A stretch of DNA of 64,000 nt from a virus. Made by a program: the position numbers and the translations under genes. The stretch's first letter is position 1; each line of letters begins with the position of its first letter. This document shows positions 37,206 through 46,713 of the stretch, one piece after another. Where the stretch lies: positions 1 through 64,000 of the IMG/VR virus record IMGVR_UViG_3300044846_003365; one strand, 5' to 3'. The notes beneath the pieces were generated by a model. It was given only the letters and a program-made list of their open reading frames with translations. It ran no database searches and had not been told where the DNA came from.

Positions 37206-37715
37206 CTATTTTCCTAAACGTCTAGCGATGGCACGGAACGTAACATTGGAGGCGCGAGCAATCTCAGCCGTAGTTACGTTGGTGTTGAATAGTTTTTTTA
37301 TTATTTCATTAAACTCTTGGTTGGCTTGGAACTGTAGGGACGTCGACGACATGCCACTTCTATAGGTTCTGGCGATGGGGGCAAGATAAGCGAGCCTTTT
37401 TTCTGTTTCAGCGGGGATTCCGGGCGAAACTGGCTTCTTTCTTTGATACCCAATCGGCTTAGGCTCGTTTGGTTGCTGGACTGCACCGCCAACTTGCTTC
37501 AAGGCCCCGTTCTCAACCCAATACTTGACTGTGGAACGTCGAACTGGGGGGTCGTAGGCCTCACCGATAGCCCTGAGCGTCCAGCCTGCCTCAAAGAGCT
37601 GGCGGGAACGGCTGTTGCGCTCCTCCTTGGTCTTCAAGGATAGTAGAAAGTCCTTTTCTTCCTTAGGAAGGCCTTCATCTCTGGCTGGACGTCGATTGGA
37701 AGTCATAATGTACAT
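37206..37715 (-). CDS. Tandem helix-turn-helix DNA-binding protein
   Basis: GWTLRAIG..VRRSTVKYWV and TAEIARASNVTFRAIARRL. Paralogue of 40922..41473. Probably leaderless (TACAAT -10 abuts the start). Confidence 0.75.
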   Translation of the reverse strand: MYIMTSNRRPARDEGLPKEEKDFLLSLKTKEERNSRSRQLFEAGWTLRAIGEAYDPPVRRSTVKYWVENGALKQVGGAVQQPNEPKPIGYQRKKPVSPGIPAETEKRLAYLAPIARTYRSGMSSTSLQFQANQEFNEIIKKLFNTNVTTAEIARASNVTFRAIARRLGK

Positions 37716-38045
37716 TGTAGCACGCTCTGTACGAAGCCTATTACGTTAAAGTTATTTGGACTGAAGGAAGAAGAATGATACATTAACGTATTTTGCTTTT
37801 GGCCTGTTAGACGGGTACGCTTGCTTTTCAGCTGCGTCAAAATTGTTTCCGGAAACCATAAAAACGGCACTAAAAATGCCGTTTTTGATGCCGTTTATGC
37901 CCTTTTTTAGTGTCATAGGGCATAAAACCAGCCCTTTCGAACACTTATAAACTAATTTTTAGACTAAAAGAGACTAAAAAATAAAATTTATGTCTAAAAA
38001 ACAAATAACTATCTAAAACTAGACTACTTTGATAGTCAAATAAGC

Positions 38046-38113
38046 CTAAAAACAGGCTAAAAACAGGCTAAAAATGGGCTAAAAACAGGCTAAAAACAGC
38101 CTAAAACAAGCTA
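38046..38113. repeat. About six tandem 11-bp repeats CTAAAAACAGG in a 770-bp gene-free AT-rich region
   Basis: ctaaaaacagg ctaaaaacagg ctaaaaatggg ctaaaaacagg ctaaaaacagc ctaaaacaag. Confidence 0.9.
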
Positions 38114-38440
38114 TCTCTGAGTCCAGTCCAGTCTTTTCGCCTCTAAAATCTAGCGTCTGAGAGCCTAGGGAGGTCATTATTTCCACGCTGAGGCGACCTA
38201 AAACCCAGCTTTTCGGGCAAATGCTAGATAGTTATTTATAGTTTGTAATTGTTTGTAATCTAGAACCAGCTAACCACCTATGTCAAAGATAGGTAAAACT
38301 TCGTTGATATGATTCTAAACAATCACTTAGATAATTACCAAAGGGTAAGTTAGCCACACCAGCCCAACAGTTGGTTGCTTAGATAGAACTCCGCAGGGTG
38401 TTAGATTCAGATTCAGATTAGGGCTATCCGCACAAGTCCC

Positions 38441-38457
38441 GTTATCAAATCGTTATA
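38441..38457 (+). promoter_or_regulatory. OmpR-family-like direct repeat GTTATC-N5-GTTATA (one of 5 copies)
   Basis: About 20 bp upstream of TTGACA at 38477. Other copies at 41512, 51863, 52253 and 60229. Confidence 0.6.
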
Positions 38458-38544
38458 AAGAACTATAACTTTAGACTTGACAAGTTGCCCGTAAGCTTGT
38501 ATCCTTTTCTTATTAGCCTTACCCACCTATCGAAAGGGATTCAA

Positions 38545-38814
38545 ATGTCCACCACCGCAACCACTACCACCACCGCCCACGACACTACCTGTATGGCAAC
38601 TGCCCCTTGCGAGCCTTGCTCGGCAATCATTAGCCACGCACAGGAAGCACGCCACGCATACAACAAGGCTCTAGATATTCTTGAAGACCTTGGCTCTACC
38701 CCTTGGGTATATCAAGCTGGCGGTGTTGAGACCGCAGACTTTTGGCGAGTCTTCGAAGACTTGCGAAACTTGCGAGACGAAGCAGACCGCAGGATTCCTA
38801 GTGGAGATTACTAG
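38545..38814 (+). CDS. Hypothetical protein
   Basis: Start reassigned to ATG 38545 (GAAAGG RBS). TTGACA promoter upstream and terminator at about 38826-38856. Confidence 0.7.
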   Translation: MSTTATTTTTAHDTTCMATAPCEPCSAIISHAQEARHAYNKALDILEDLGSTPWVYQAGGVETADFWRVFEDLRNLRDEADRRIPSGDY

Positions 38815-38825
38815 GAACTAAAACA

Positions 38826-38856
38826 GAAGCCCCCTCGAAAGAGGGGGTTTTCTTTT
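38826..38856 (+). terminator. Intrinsic terminator
   Basis: aagcccctc-gaaa-gagggggttttcttttt. Confidence 0.8.
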
Positions 38857-38885
38857 TGCCTAAGTTATTCCGCACCCAGGCCGGG

Positions 38886-38907
38886 GAGGGTAGTGGTATT
38901 TCCACGC
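38886..38907. promoter_or_regulatory. Bipartite motif AAGGGT-N11-CACGC (one of 11 copies)
   Basis: Copies at 38886, 40884, 42380, 43550, 45387, 46946, 51346, 52329, 53813, 60253 and 60282, all with an 11-nt spacer. Confidence 0.85.
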
Positions 38908-38967
38908 AGAAGAACTTGACAATTGCTAACCCGTATGAGAACCTAGAAGCTTACGAAAGAGAGAACT

Positions 38968-39474
38968 GTGAACCAGCCTAACGACCCAAGACTAGCGTCT
39001 GTGAACCAGCCGTATCATAAACCCTTAGCTACTTGGTCAGAGGTCTTGCCTAATCTATGGCAGGGAGGCACAGAGGACGACGACATCTACCTTCAACACG
39101 ACCAGCCAACTATTACTAAAGATAACTTTGATTCGGTATACACCTTGTATGGTTGGGCGAACCCAGTTGGTTGGTTTGTGAAAGAAACTCGGCTAGGTTT
39201 CCACGACAGCGACAGCCTAACTGTCCACCCTAAACAACTCTACGACTTAGCCAGCCAAGCACACAGGGATTGGAAAGAAGACAAGCGTGTCTTGATTAGG
39301 TGTCAGGCAGGTCTGAATAGGTCAGCCTTGATAACAGCTTTAGTCCTAATCAAGGAAGGCTTTACCGCAAGCCAAGCTATAACTTTGCTTAGGGAAACTA
39401 GAAGCGAGTATGTCCTAATCAACCCTCACTTTGAAAAGTGGTTGCTAGAAACAGAACACTTTAGCGAACTCTAA
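38968..39474 (+). CDS. Dual-specificity / tyrosine protein phosphatase
   Basis: VLIRCQAGLNRS (CX5R) motif and SEVLPNLWQGG. Confidence 0.9.
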   Translation: MNQPNDPRLASVNQPYHKPLATWSEVLPNLWQGGTEDDDIYLQHDQPTITKDNFDSVYTLYGWANPVGWFVKETRLGFHDSDSLTVHPKQLYDLASQAHRDWKEDKRVLIRCQAGLNRSALITALVLIKEGFTASQAITLLRETRSEYVLINPHFEKWLLETEHFSEL

Positions 39475-40858
39475 AGAACCCAGTTCCCCTAGTGTCTGGC
39501 AATCTCCTAGAAGCCAAAGACTTAGCCTTTATGCTACCGCCCACAAAACCAGCGGGGGGTTTGATTAGTAAGGCGGTAAGAGCGTGAACCAAAGCATCTA
39601 CTCTGTCAGGCGACTTACCCTCACCCGGAACCCAGCTAAACATCTGAGACTCTAGGTCAGACAAGTAGCCTATGTGGTGAACTCTACCTTGCTCATACGC
39701 AAGGGTAGTGGGCTCAGCCCTCAAAGCTTTACCATACTTAGAGTGAACTTCGAGAACCTTTATGTTTGGGTCAATGGCGTTGATAGCATTACGAACCAAA
39801 GCCCCACCTTGGTTTACTTCGGCAACAACAGGGCAACCCCACTTACGAGCCATAGCTACAACTTTGTTTGCCCACACATCAGGCGAACCTAAAACAGAAG
39901 CATCTTCTAAAACCCAAGCTTGACGCTTATACAAATCTCTATCCGCAGTAGAAGCACACACCACAATCCCACACTCATCTCTAGGATTCTCGGCTACTGA
40001 AGGGTCTACTCCAATTATTCTTAGTGGAGCTTTAGGAGGCATAGAGTGTTCCCTATGTTGCTCAATCAACTCCTCAGTCCACAAAGCCCCCTCAACATCA
40101 TCAAGCATCTCACCATAAAGTTCTTGTTGAGCTAAGCGTGTTCCTTCATAAACTCCAGTAATAGCATCTAGATAAGCAGAAGATAAGTTTCCAGAGTTGT
40201 CCATAGTTGAACCACGGGACACCCACACCTTGCCAGTTCGCTTAGCCTCATCTAGAAGCGAGTAAAGGATAGGCACACGCTTAGGAGTAGTAGTGGCTAG
40301 AATCTGGGGATTACGACCTAGACGAGTTGCCACACGAAGGTTGTCCCAAGAGGTCATACCAGCAGCATCTGGGTTCTGTCTCCAAGCTGCCAGCTCATCA
40401 GCCCAAGAGTAGTGGGCTTGAACACCACGAAGGGAGTCTGGCTCATCAGCAGTTCCAAGAACAGCGGTATTGCCATTAGGCCAGGTCAGCCTACGCTTGG
40501 AAGGCTCATACAAAGGTCTCTCACTTGGAGGCGACACAGCCAAGATACCACTATCACCTTCGACAATAACATCTCGCACATCTGCTGCAGTTCGAGCTAC
40601 GAGCAAGAACCGCAAGCGACCTTGGCTTGAATCCAATGCTTTAGTTCTAACCCACTCCGCAGCACTCCTAGTCTTACCAGCACCACGACCAGCCAAGAAC
40701 AACCCAACATTCCAAGAGTCATTAGCAGGCGGAATCTGTTCAGGTCTTCCCCAGAAGCTCCAGTCCCAAATCAAAGACTCAGGGTCCATACCAGCTAGGA
40801 CAGCTAAGCGTTCTTCATCTGGGAGTTCCGCAACTATCTGAGCCAGGCTCTTCGGCAT
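39461..40858 (-). CDS. terL: Terminase large subunit
   Basis: AGRGAGKT Walker A, WADE Walker B, TTTP coupling motif, GVDP and DRVDA nuclease aspartates. Confidence 0.95.
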   Translation of the reverse strand: MPKSLAQIVAELPDEERLAVLAGMDPESLIWDWSFWGRPEQIPPANDSWNVGLFLAGRGAGKTRSAAEWVRTKALDSSQGRLRFLLVARTAADVRDVIVEGDSGILAVSPPSERPLYEPSKRRLTWPNGNTAVLGTADEPDSLRGVQAHYSWADELAAWRQNPDAAGMTSWDNLRVATRLGRNPQILATTTPKRVPILYSLLDEAKRTGKVWVSRGSTMDNSGNLSSAYLDAITGVYEGTRLAQQELYGEMLDDVEGALWTEELIEQHREHSMPPKAPLRIIGVDPSVAENPRDECGIVVCASTADRDLYKRQAWVLEDASVLGSPDVWANKVVAMARKWGCPVVAEVNQGGALVRNAINAIDPNIKVLEVHSKYGKALRAEPTTLAYEQGRVHHIGYLSDLESQMFSWVPGEGKSPDRVDALVHALTALLIKPPAGFVGGSIKAKSLASRRLPDTRGTGFFRVR

Positions 40859-40921
40859 CTGAATCCTTACTAAGCGAAAAAGGGCGTGGAAAATACCACA
40901 CCCTTCATCATACCACCTAGC

Positions 40922-41473
40922 TTACGAAATAACTCTGTGGTCTTTACGAATTGGTTTGTAGACTTTGCTCTTGCCATTTTTAGAAGGCTTGTAGCCATAA
41001 CGAGCTAGTCTGAACTGTAAAGCTGAGCTTGTCACTCCAAGGCGCAACGCTAGTCTATAAACTGGCACTCCTTCAACTCTGTTTGCGTAGTCCAATAGCT
41101 TTGTGTATTCCTCTGCCTCTTTACGATAGGTCTGAACGTTCGAGCGAACCAGCCTTGCCTTCGGCTGTAGCTCTAGCAAGCGAGCCAATGTCTCGGCACT
41201 AGGCTCAACATATACAGGCTTTACCTTTTCAATGTGGCGTGGTGGGTCTGGGATAGGTAGTGAACTAATGTTCGCACCGCTAACAGGAAAGTCAACAATC
41301 TGCCTAGCTCTTTCCCTAGTCATACCGCAAGCATTAGAAATACTTGTCAATGTCCAGCCAGCGTTCCGCAAGGCGATTATGTAATCGTTCCTCGCAGGGG
41401 TTCCTTCAATCTTTTCAAAAGCTTTTACTACCTCTGGGGGTAGCTCAACCAGTTTCTTTCTTACATTTGTCAT
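40922..41473 (-). CDS. Tandem helix-turn-helix DNA-binding protein
   Basis: GWTLTSISNACGMTRERARQIV and VYRLALRLGVTSSALQFRL. Confidence 0.8.
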   Translation of the reverse strand: MTNVRKKLVELPPEVVKAFEKIEGTPARNDYIIALRNAGWTLTSISNACGMTRERARQIVDFPVSGANISSLPIPDPPRHIEKVKPVYVEPSAETLARLLELQPKARLVRSNVQTYRKEAEEYTKLLDYANRVEGVPVYRLALRLGVTSSALQFRLARYGYKPSKNGKSKVYKPIRKDHRVIS

Positions 41474-41628
41474 TTAGTGTTTTCCTTTCATAAGACTATG
41501 TAATCCTCGTTTATAACGATTCGATAACAATACTAACCTTTTTCTAATCAAAGCGGTATACTTGTTCGCTTTGAGCGTCAATAAAAAAATCCCCCACCTT
41601 TTGGCAGGGGATTCTTTACTATAACTAT

Positions 41629-42144
41629 TTAGACAATAGGCTTTACATTAGGGTCGTTCTTGAAGATAGCCAAGAAAGTCTCGGCATCAAGTTTTCCAGA
41701 ATCCCCCACCTTATTATCTTTTTGGTAGCTAGCAATAGCAGATAGGGTATTCTCTCCATACCAACCATCTTTATCCTTACCAGCCTGCTCATAACCAAGC
41801 TCCACCAGTCGCCTTTGAAGGTGGTGAATAGTTAGAGACTTTCTTGCTTTCACATTTTTGTAGACTACTGAAGCTAGAGAAACATCATCTACGGAGTTGT
41901 TAGACACAACAGCAGGTCCAGCAGGCTCAGGGGCGGAGTTTAGAATATCGTCCATAGTGACAGACTTAGGCTCACGATACTTGCTCTTAGCTACTGGCTT
42001 AGGCTGTTCCTCAACTACAGGCTCAGGCTCAACGGCAACAGGCTCAGGGGCTACCTCTAGGGTAGGCTCTTCAACAACGGCTACAGGCTCAGTAGGGGTT
42101 AGCTCTGGCTCTACAGCCTCAAATTCAATTTCTGATTCACTCAT
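41629..42144 (-). CDS. Peptidoglycan-binding-domain protein with Pro/Glu-rich N-terminus
   Basis: LQRRLVELGY...DGWYGENTLSAIASYQ...GKLDAET. Confidence 0.75.
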   Translation of the reverse strand: MSESEIEFEAVEPELTPTEPVAVVEEPTLEVAPEPVAVEPEPVVEEQPKPVAKSKYREPKSVTMDDILNSAPEPAGPAVVSNNSVDDVSLASVVYKNVKARKSLTIHHLQRRLVELGYEQAGKDKDGWYGENTLSAIASYQKDNKVGDSGKLDAETFLAIFKNDPNVKPIV

Positions 42145-42164
42145 AGTGTAAATTTTACACTAAT

Positions 42165-42335
42165 TTAGACACGCTGAGCTAAGCCAGCGAAGGCTACGGC
42201 ACTAAGCCCAAGGGCTAATGTCAAAGTTGACAGGTCAGGAGCAAACAAAGCAACTCCTATTGAGAGAACAGCAAATACAACGGCAAGAACAGAAGTCCAA
42301 ACCACATCTTTCATAAGCAACAACCAATTACGCAT
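42165..42335 (-). CDS. Small membrane protein (56 aa)
   Basis: Manual translation MRNWLLLMKDVVWTSVLAVVFAVLSIG..., two hydrophobic segments, GAGG RBS. Confidence 0.6.
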   Translation of the reverse strand: MRNWLLLMKDVVWTSVLAVVFAVLSIGVALFAPDLSTLTLALGLSAVAFAGLAQRV

Positions 42336-42497
42336 CTATTTTTCCTCTTCATCTTTCTTCGGCATTACGACTCCCAACAAAGGGCCGCCATCTTTCCACG
42401 CGTCTTCTTTACTTTTGTCCTTCCGCATCTCAATCCAGCTCAAAGCAACCAGAACTAAAATGGAAAGAACAAGAGTAAAGACTAGGAACTCTAGCAA
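42336..42497 (-). CDS. Small membrane protein (53 aa)
   Basis: TTG start after AGGAG, MLEFLVFTLVLSILVLVALSW... Confidence 0.55.
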   Translation of the reverse strand: MLEFLVFTLVLSILVLVALSWIEMRKDKSKEDAWKDGGPLLGVVMPKKDEEEK

Positions 42498-42505
42498 TCT
42501 ATCTC

Positions 42506-43486
42506 CTAAGCTAAAACTGTTTTACCAGTCTTTCGGTATATGTTAGCTACAACTCTAGCCCAAACTTCGGGCGTTGAGTCATAAGGCTTGTAGCCACCAG
42601 CCCCACCAATCAGAACCCTGCCTTTGGCAAAGCGATTAGCTAGGTCGGCAACAACACTAGACGCACCTTCATAACCTTCGTAGGTATACTTCATACCCCA
42701 AATGTCAGACTCGTGAGCGTCAGCACCCGTAGCTAGAAGAATAACATCAGGCTCGTATTCCTCGACCTTCTGAGCAATCTCGTTGATAGCCCAAGAGAAC
42801 TCAACATCTCCAGAACCTCTCGGCAAAACATAGTTATACCAATGCTTTTCTGGAAGCGAATACTCGTAAGGCTCGTCTTCAAAATACTTAGAGTCATACC
42901 AAGTGTCAGAGTGAGTAGGATACATCCTGTGTCCGTGAATACTGAAAGTAGGTATGTCCGTATCTTCTAGTAGATTCTGAACTCCATCTCCAGCGTTCAC
43001 ATCCCAGTCAATGTAGACTGCCTTCAAACCATTACGCTCGAACTCCTTAGCAGCCCAAGCGAAATCGTTGAAGACGCAAAAGCCTTCACTCCATCCGTAT
43101 TGAGCGTGGTGCTTCGCACCTTGTGGATTGAACCCAACTCTGGCTTCCCCTGAGATAATCTTCTCGACTAGGCGAGCAGTCCCAGAGAACATTTGTAGAG
43201 CGGTATGCCCCATCAGCAGATTCTCTTTATGCCACTCGTATGAAACGCCTTTGTCAATTACTTCCGCAACAAACTTAGGGTCGTGGATGCTTTCCAAACT
43301 TGCTCTGTCGTAGTCAGCAACAGTAGGCTCGATAACCTCAATAGCGTCAGAACCAAGAGAGTTAGATAGCTTTTCTAGGGCGAGCTTAGCCCGTATTGGC
43401 TTAGTAATGTGCGTGCCATCACCAGAACCAAGTTGCCAGTTTAGGTAGTCGTCGCTATACGCAACAAATAACTTTTCGTTGTTCAT
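42506..43486 (-). CDS. Histone-deacetylase-family (AcuC/HDAC-like) deacetylase
   Basis: HHA..SEGFCVFND, IDWDVNAGDG, SIH, YP, GADAH..D, GGGY. Start reassigned to ATG 43486 (GAGGAG RBS). Confidence 0.9.
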   Translation of the reverse strand: MNNEKLFVAYSDDYLNWQLGSGDGTHITKPIRAKLALEKLSNSLGSDAIEVIEPTVADYDRASLESIHDPKFVAEVIDKGVSYEWHKENLLMGHTALQMFSGTARLVEKIISGEARVGFNPQGAKHHAQYGWSEGFCVFNDFAWAAKEFERNGLKAVYIDWDVNAGDGVQNLLEDTDIPTFSIHGHRMYPTHSDTWYDSKYFEDEPYEYSLPEKHWYNYVLPRGSGDVEFSWAINEIAQKVEEYEPDVILLATGADAHESDIWGMKYTYEGYEGASSVVADLANRFAKGRVLIGGAGGYKPYDSTPEVWARVVANIYRKTGKTVLA

Positions 43487-43582
43487 TTCTAACTCCTCTC
43501 TTTTCGTCATTATTTCTATTCTACAACGCAAAGAAAGTTTTGTCAAGTTGCGTGATGAAACAGCTACCCTTTAGCAGGCAGT

Positions 43583-43927
43583 CTAACCTTGCTCAGCTTT
43601 TCTTTCTTTTCTAATTAGGAAGATTGACGCAAGAGAGCCAACAACATAACCAATCATCAAAGACGGAATCCAACTAAACTCAGGCTTCCACCCAACTACA
43701 AAGCCCATTACAACTATGAAAGTCAAAGCCCCCGCAGTTGCTTCAAGGAAAATCTCTAGTCCCAGAAATAAAGGCTTAGGGCTTTTCTTAGAGTGCTTAG
43801 GGCTTATGTAAGTAGACCTAGTGCTTTTCGGAGTGTAGTGATGCTTCCTAAGATGCTTGATAGACCAGATAGCCACAATAGAACCAACGGCAACTAGGAG
43901 AGAGCTAAGAATAATAGCAAACTCCAT
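43583..43927 (-). CDS. Membrane protein
   Basis: Three hydrophobic segments, coupled to 43927..44139. Confidence 0.7.
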   Translation of the reverse strand: MEFAIILSSLLVAVGSIVAIWSIKHLRKHHYTPKSTRSTYISPKHSKKSPKPLFLGLEIFLEATAGALTFIVVMGFVVGWKPEFSWIPSLMIGYVVGSLASIFLIRKERKAEQG

Positions 43928-44139
43928 TACGCAACCACCTTGTTTAGCAGTCTGCTAATTACTGGATACAGCACTAGGAACAGCACCCAAGCCAAACCAA
44001 TAGACCAAAGGTTATCGGCAAAGTTCCCACCATAACCAGCACCCAAAGCAATAAGCACAGCGAAAATAGCCCAGTAGATACCAAAAATCAACGGCAAGGT
44101 AGCCAAGCCAACCAAACCTCTAAGAATTGCTTTTACCAT
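43927..44139 (-). CDS. Membrane protein
   Basis: Two hydrophobic segments, GACGAAAGGA RBS and its own TTGACA promoter. Confidence 0.7.
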   Translation of the reverse strand: MVKAILRGLVGLATLPLIFGIYWAIFAVLIALGAGYGGNFADNLWSIGLAWVLFLVLYPVISRLLNKVVA

Positions 44140-44208
44140 CTTTTTTCCTTTCGTCGTTTTGTTGCTCTTCTATTGTATCTAATTAGACACAGCTTGTCAA
44201 GTATTTAT

Positions 44209-44370
44209 TTAGACTACTTTCCAGCCCAGTATTGAGCCAGCAAAGAATCTGTCCTGCCAAAACGCTAAATTAGCGGGAAAGTAAGGGGCAGGGTAGGTTA
44301 TCTGTCTAGTAGTTCCGTCAAGGTAAATTACCTCAATCGTTCTAGTCTGGTTTTCGGTTTCGTTTATCAT
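44209..44370 (-). CDS. Hypothetical protein (53 aa)
   Basis: Manual translation MINETENQTRTIEVIYLDG..., GAAAGGA RBS, TTGACA promoter upstream. Confidence 0.6.
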   Translation of the reverse strand: MINETENQTRTIEVIYLDGTTRQITYPAPYFPANLAFWQDRFFAGSILGWKVV

Positions 44371-44428
44371 TTTAGTCCTTTCTCTGTATTTATAGTATCA
44401 GCTAAAGGCAAACTTGTCAAGCACTTTA

Positions 44429-44698
44429 CTAAAGTTTTTTCGTGTCCTCGGCAATTATTTCCAAAGCCCTAGCAATACCCTTTAGGTTTTCCGCAGACCT
44501 TCTACCTAATTTGATAGAGCCAACCACTCCAACTAAAGTCCCAAAGAATAATAGCCAAGCAACAAAAAAGCCCACAGACCCAGTTAGAACCTGAATAAAT
44601 AAATAAGCCCCGTAGCCCAAGAACCCAAGCAGGAAAGCTAAGGCAATAAGCATTGTCAGCCTAAGTCTTTTTGTCCACCTCTCGGCTTGCTCTGTCAA
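44429..44698 (-). CDS. Membrane protein
   Basis: Two hydrophobic segments. Confidence 0.6.
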   Translation of the reverse strand: MTEQAERWTKRLRLTMLIALAFLLGFLGYGAYLFIQVLTGSVGFFVAWLLFFGTLVGVVGSIKLGRRSAENLKGIARALEIIAEDTKKL

Positions 44699-45092
44699 AA
44701 GAGTTAGAGAAACCTCTCTCAGTATTTTTTCTCTATCTTTATCAGAAATCTGAATCTTCTTCTCCTAGTTGCCCACTAGATATAAAAGCAAAAGCGAAAA
44801 GTGTTAGGAAAACTAATGCGGTAGTTAGGAACAAACCCAAAAGCATAAACCCAACTAGAATCCAAAACCAAAGTTCCATAGTTATCTTTCCTAAAACTTA
44901 CTTTCGTAAGCCTTCTCAATCTGAGCTTCTAGTTTCCTTTCCCAAGCTAGAACTCTTTCTTCCTTACAAGACAAGCAAATCTGTCGTGTCTGGTGCTTCG
45001 CCATAGCTGGAACTAGAGTTTGTTCTCCGCACTCGTAGCAAGCAATCAAAACTTTATTTTCCATACTCATCTCCTTTTCGAGATAAGTATAG

Positions 45093-45347
45093 CTAAATCA
45101 GCGGTATTTGTCCAGCGCGACGCGCAAACTCTGTTTCAATGTTTTTAGCAAGCCAAGCGTAGTCGCCCTTAGACGCAACCTCAGCCTGCTCAACAAAGTC
45201 AAGAGCAACTGCCAAATCAACCAACAGTTCTGTCGGCATCTCTAATTCATTTTGGACATCTAGCACGCCAGAAGTTCCCTGCTTGTCATAATCTCCAAGC
45301 AAAGCCATAATTTCTGCGTCAGACATCTCCGCAATGTTTTTATTCAT
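45093..45347 (-). CDS. Hypothetical protein
   Basis: 84 aa, GAAGGA RBS. Confidence 0.65.
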   Translation of the reverse strand: MNKNIAEMSDAEIMALLGDYDKQGTSGVLDVQNELEMPTELLVDLAVALDFVEQAEVASKGDYAWLAKNIETEFARRAGQIPLI

Positions 45348-45460
45348 CTCAGTCCTTCTTCGAACACAACAACTTTATTCTACCACGCGTGGAAGAACTC
45401 TTACCCTTCCCGGATGGCAAAGAAGAAAGCGGGAAGACCTGAGTCGTCCCGCATCATCTT

Positions 45461-45784
45461 TTACTGATAAAGAAAGCCACCATAGGGGTCAGCCTTCTCC
45501 AAAGCCAACTCGAACTGAGTGTTCAAGTTGTATTTCGTAGCCCAACCTGTCTTCACCTTCGCAGGTGCTTTCCAAGTCGCAGCTTTTATCAAGTCCCCAG
45601 TTTCCTTCTCAACGAAGGCAAATACAGACCTGCTTCCCAAGTTCTCGTAGCCTCGCAGGTTGGAAGAAATAACAATCTTGTCAAACTTCCTACCTGACTC
45701 AACTTCGAGCTTGTAGAAGTGGCTTCCTTCTTCGGCATTGAACTTTTGCTCAACGGCAGAGCAGTAATCCCAAGCTACGGACAT
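45461..45784 (-). CDS. Conserved small phage protein (GRKFDKI...KAATWKAPAK family)
   Basis: VFAFV...TGDLIKAATWKAPAK...ADPYGGFLY, a motif recognised from phage hypothetical proteins. Confidence 0.75.
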   Translation of the reverse strand: MSVAWDYCSAVEQKFNAEEGSHFYKLEVESGRKFDKIVISSNLRGYENLGSRSVFAFVEKETGDLIKAATWKAPAKVKTGWATKYNLNTQFELALEKADPYGGFLYQ

Positions 45785-45966
45785 TAGGCTACAACAATCG
45801 TTCCAGTTAGAGACCAGCTCACCTTAGCCCTCTTGTCGCCTTCAAGACCCTTTAGAGTTGCCTCTAATACTTCCTGAGCCTTCTCGTAGCTGTGAACTTC
45901 ATAAATCGGCTCTATTGTCCCAGTTGCGCTCTGAATTTTTATTGCTATTGAATTTATATTTACCAT
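45784..45966 (-). CDS. Hypothetical protein
   Basis: 60 aa, GAAAGGA RBS, own TTGACA promoter. Confidence 0.6.
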   Translation of the reverse strand: MVNINSIAIKIQSATGTIEPIYEVHSYEKAQEVLEATLKGLEGDKRAKVSWSLTGTIVVA

Positions 45967-46077
45967 TTGTTTCCTTTCTCTCGGTATCTATACTATAAAG
46001 CTTTTTTAGCTTTTTGTCAAGTTTATTTGGGAAAAAGAAAACCCCGCATCTCTGCGGGGTAATCTTATGGTCAGTCT

Positions 46078-46713
46078 TTATTCGGTAGCTAAGATACGGG
46101 TATAAGTTATCTCCCCGTAAACAGCCCCGAACTCGGAAATTGACCTGTAAGAAGTCGTTTGACCAGGCCTACCTATATGTATCATCACATCTGGGGAAAT
46201 GTAAATGCCAATATGTCCTGCTGTGTCGGCGTTATGACCAAATGCCACTAAGTCTCCACGCATAGGACTATCAACTCTTACTCCAGAGTTTTTCTGAGAG
46301 CTAGCTCCGTGATATAGTTCCACACCTAGACCTCCATAAAACCACTTCACCATGCCAGAACAGTCCCAGCCTCCCGGAGTGCTTCCGCCGAAGACATACC
46401 ATGTCTTCCCTACTTGCGCTTCCAAAAGGCGAATTCGCTCTTCCATGGCTATCTTGTTTTTATAGGCATCTTCTCTGTGTTTCTTTAGAGCTACCTCAGC
46501 GATGATTCTTTGTCTCTCAGCCTCTTCTTCCTCAATCATCTGAGCGATATATTCTTCACTCATAAAGGAAGGGGAAGGCTCCATAGCTCCCATCATGTAC
46601 GATGTGCTACTAATCGTTGCGTCATTGGTTTCTATTGGTTTTTCCTCCACTACAGCAGCTACTGCTCCAGTAGTGAGAGAAAGGGTGATACTTGATGATA
46701 TCAACCATCTCAT
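46078..46713 (-). CDS. Secreted NlpC/P60 peptidoglycan peptidase
   Basis: Signal-like N-terminus, YVFGG..GWDCSG, GDLVAF, HIGIY, MIH. Confidence 0.9.
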   Translation of the reverse strand: MRWLISSSITLSLTTGAVAAVVEEKPIETNDATISSTSYMMGAMEPSPSFMSEEYIAQMIEEEEAERQRIIAEVALKKHREDAYKNKIAMEERIRLLEAQVGKTWYVFGGSTPGGWDCSGMVKWFYGGLGVELYHGASSQKNSGVRVDSPMRGDLVAFGHNADTAGHIGIYISPDVMIHIGRPGQTTSYRSISEFGAVYGEITYTRILATE

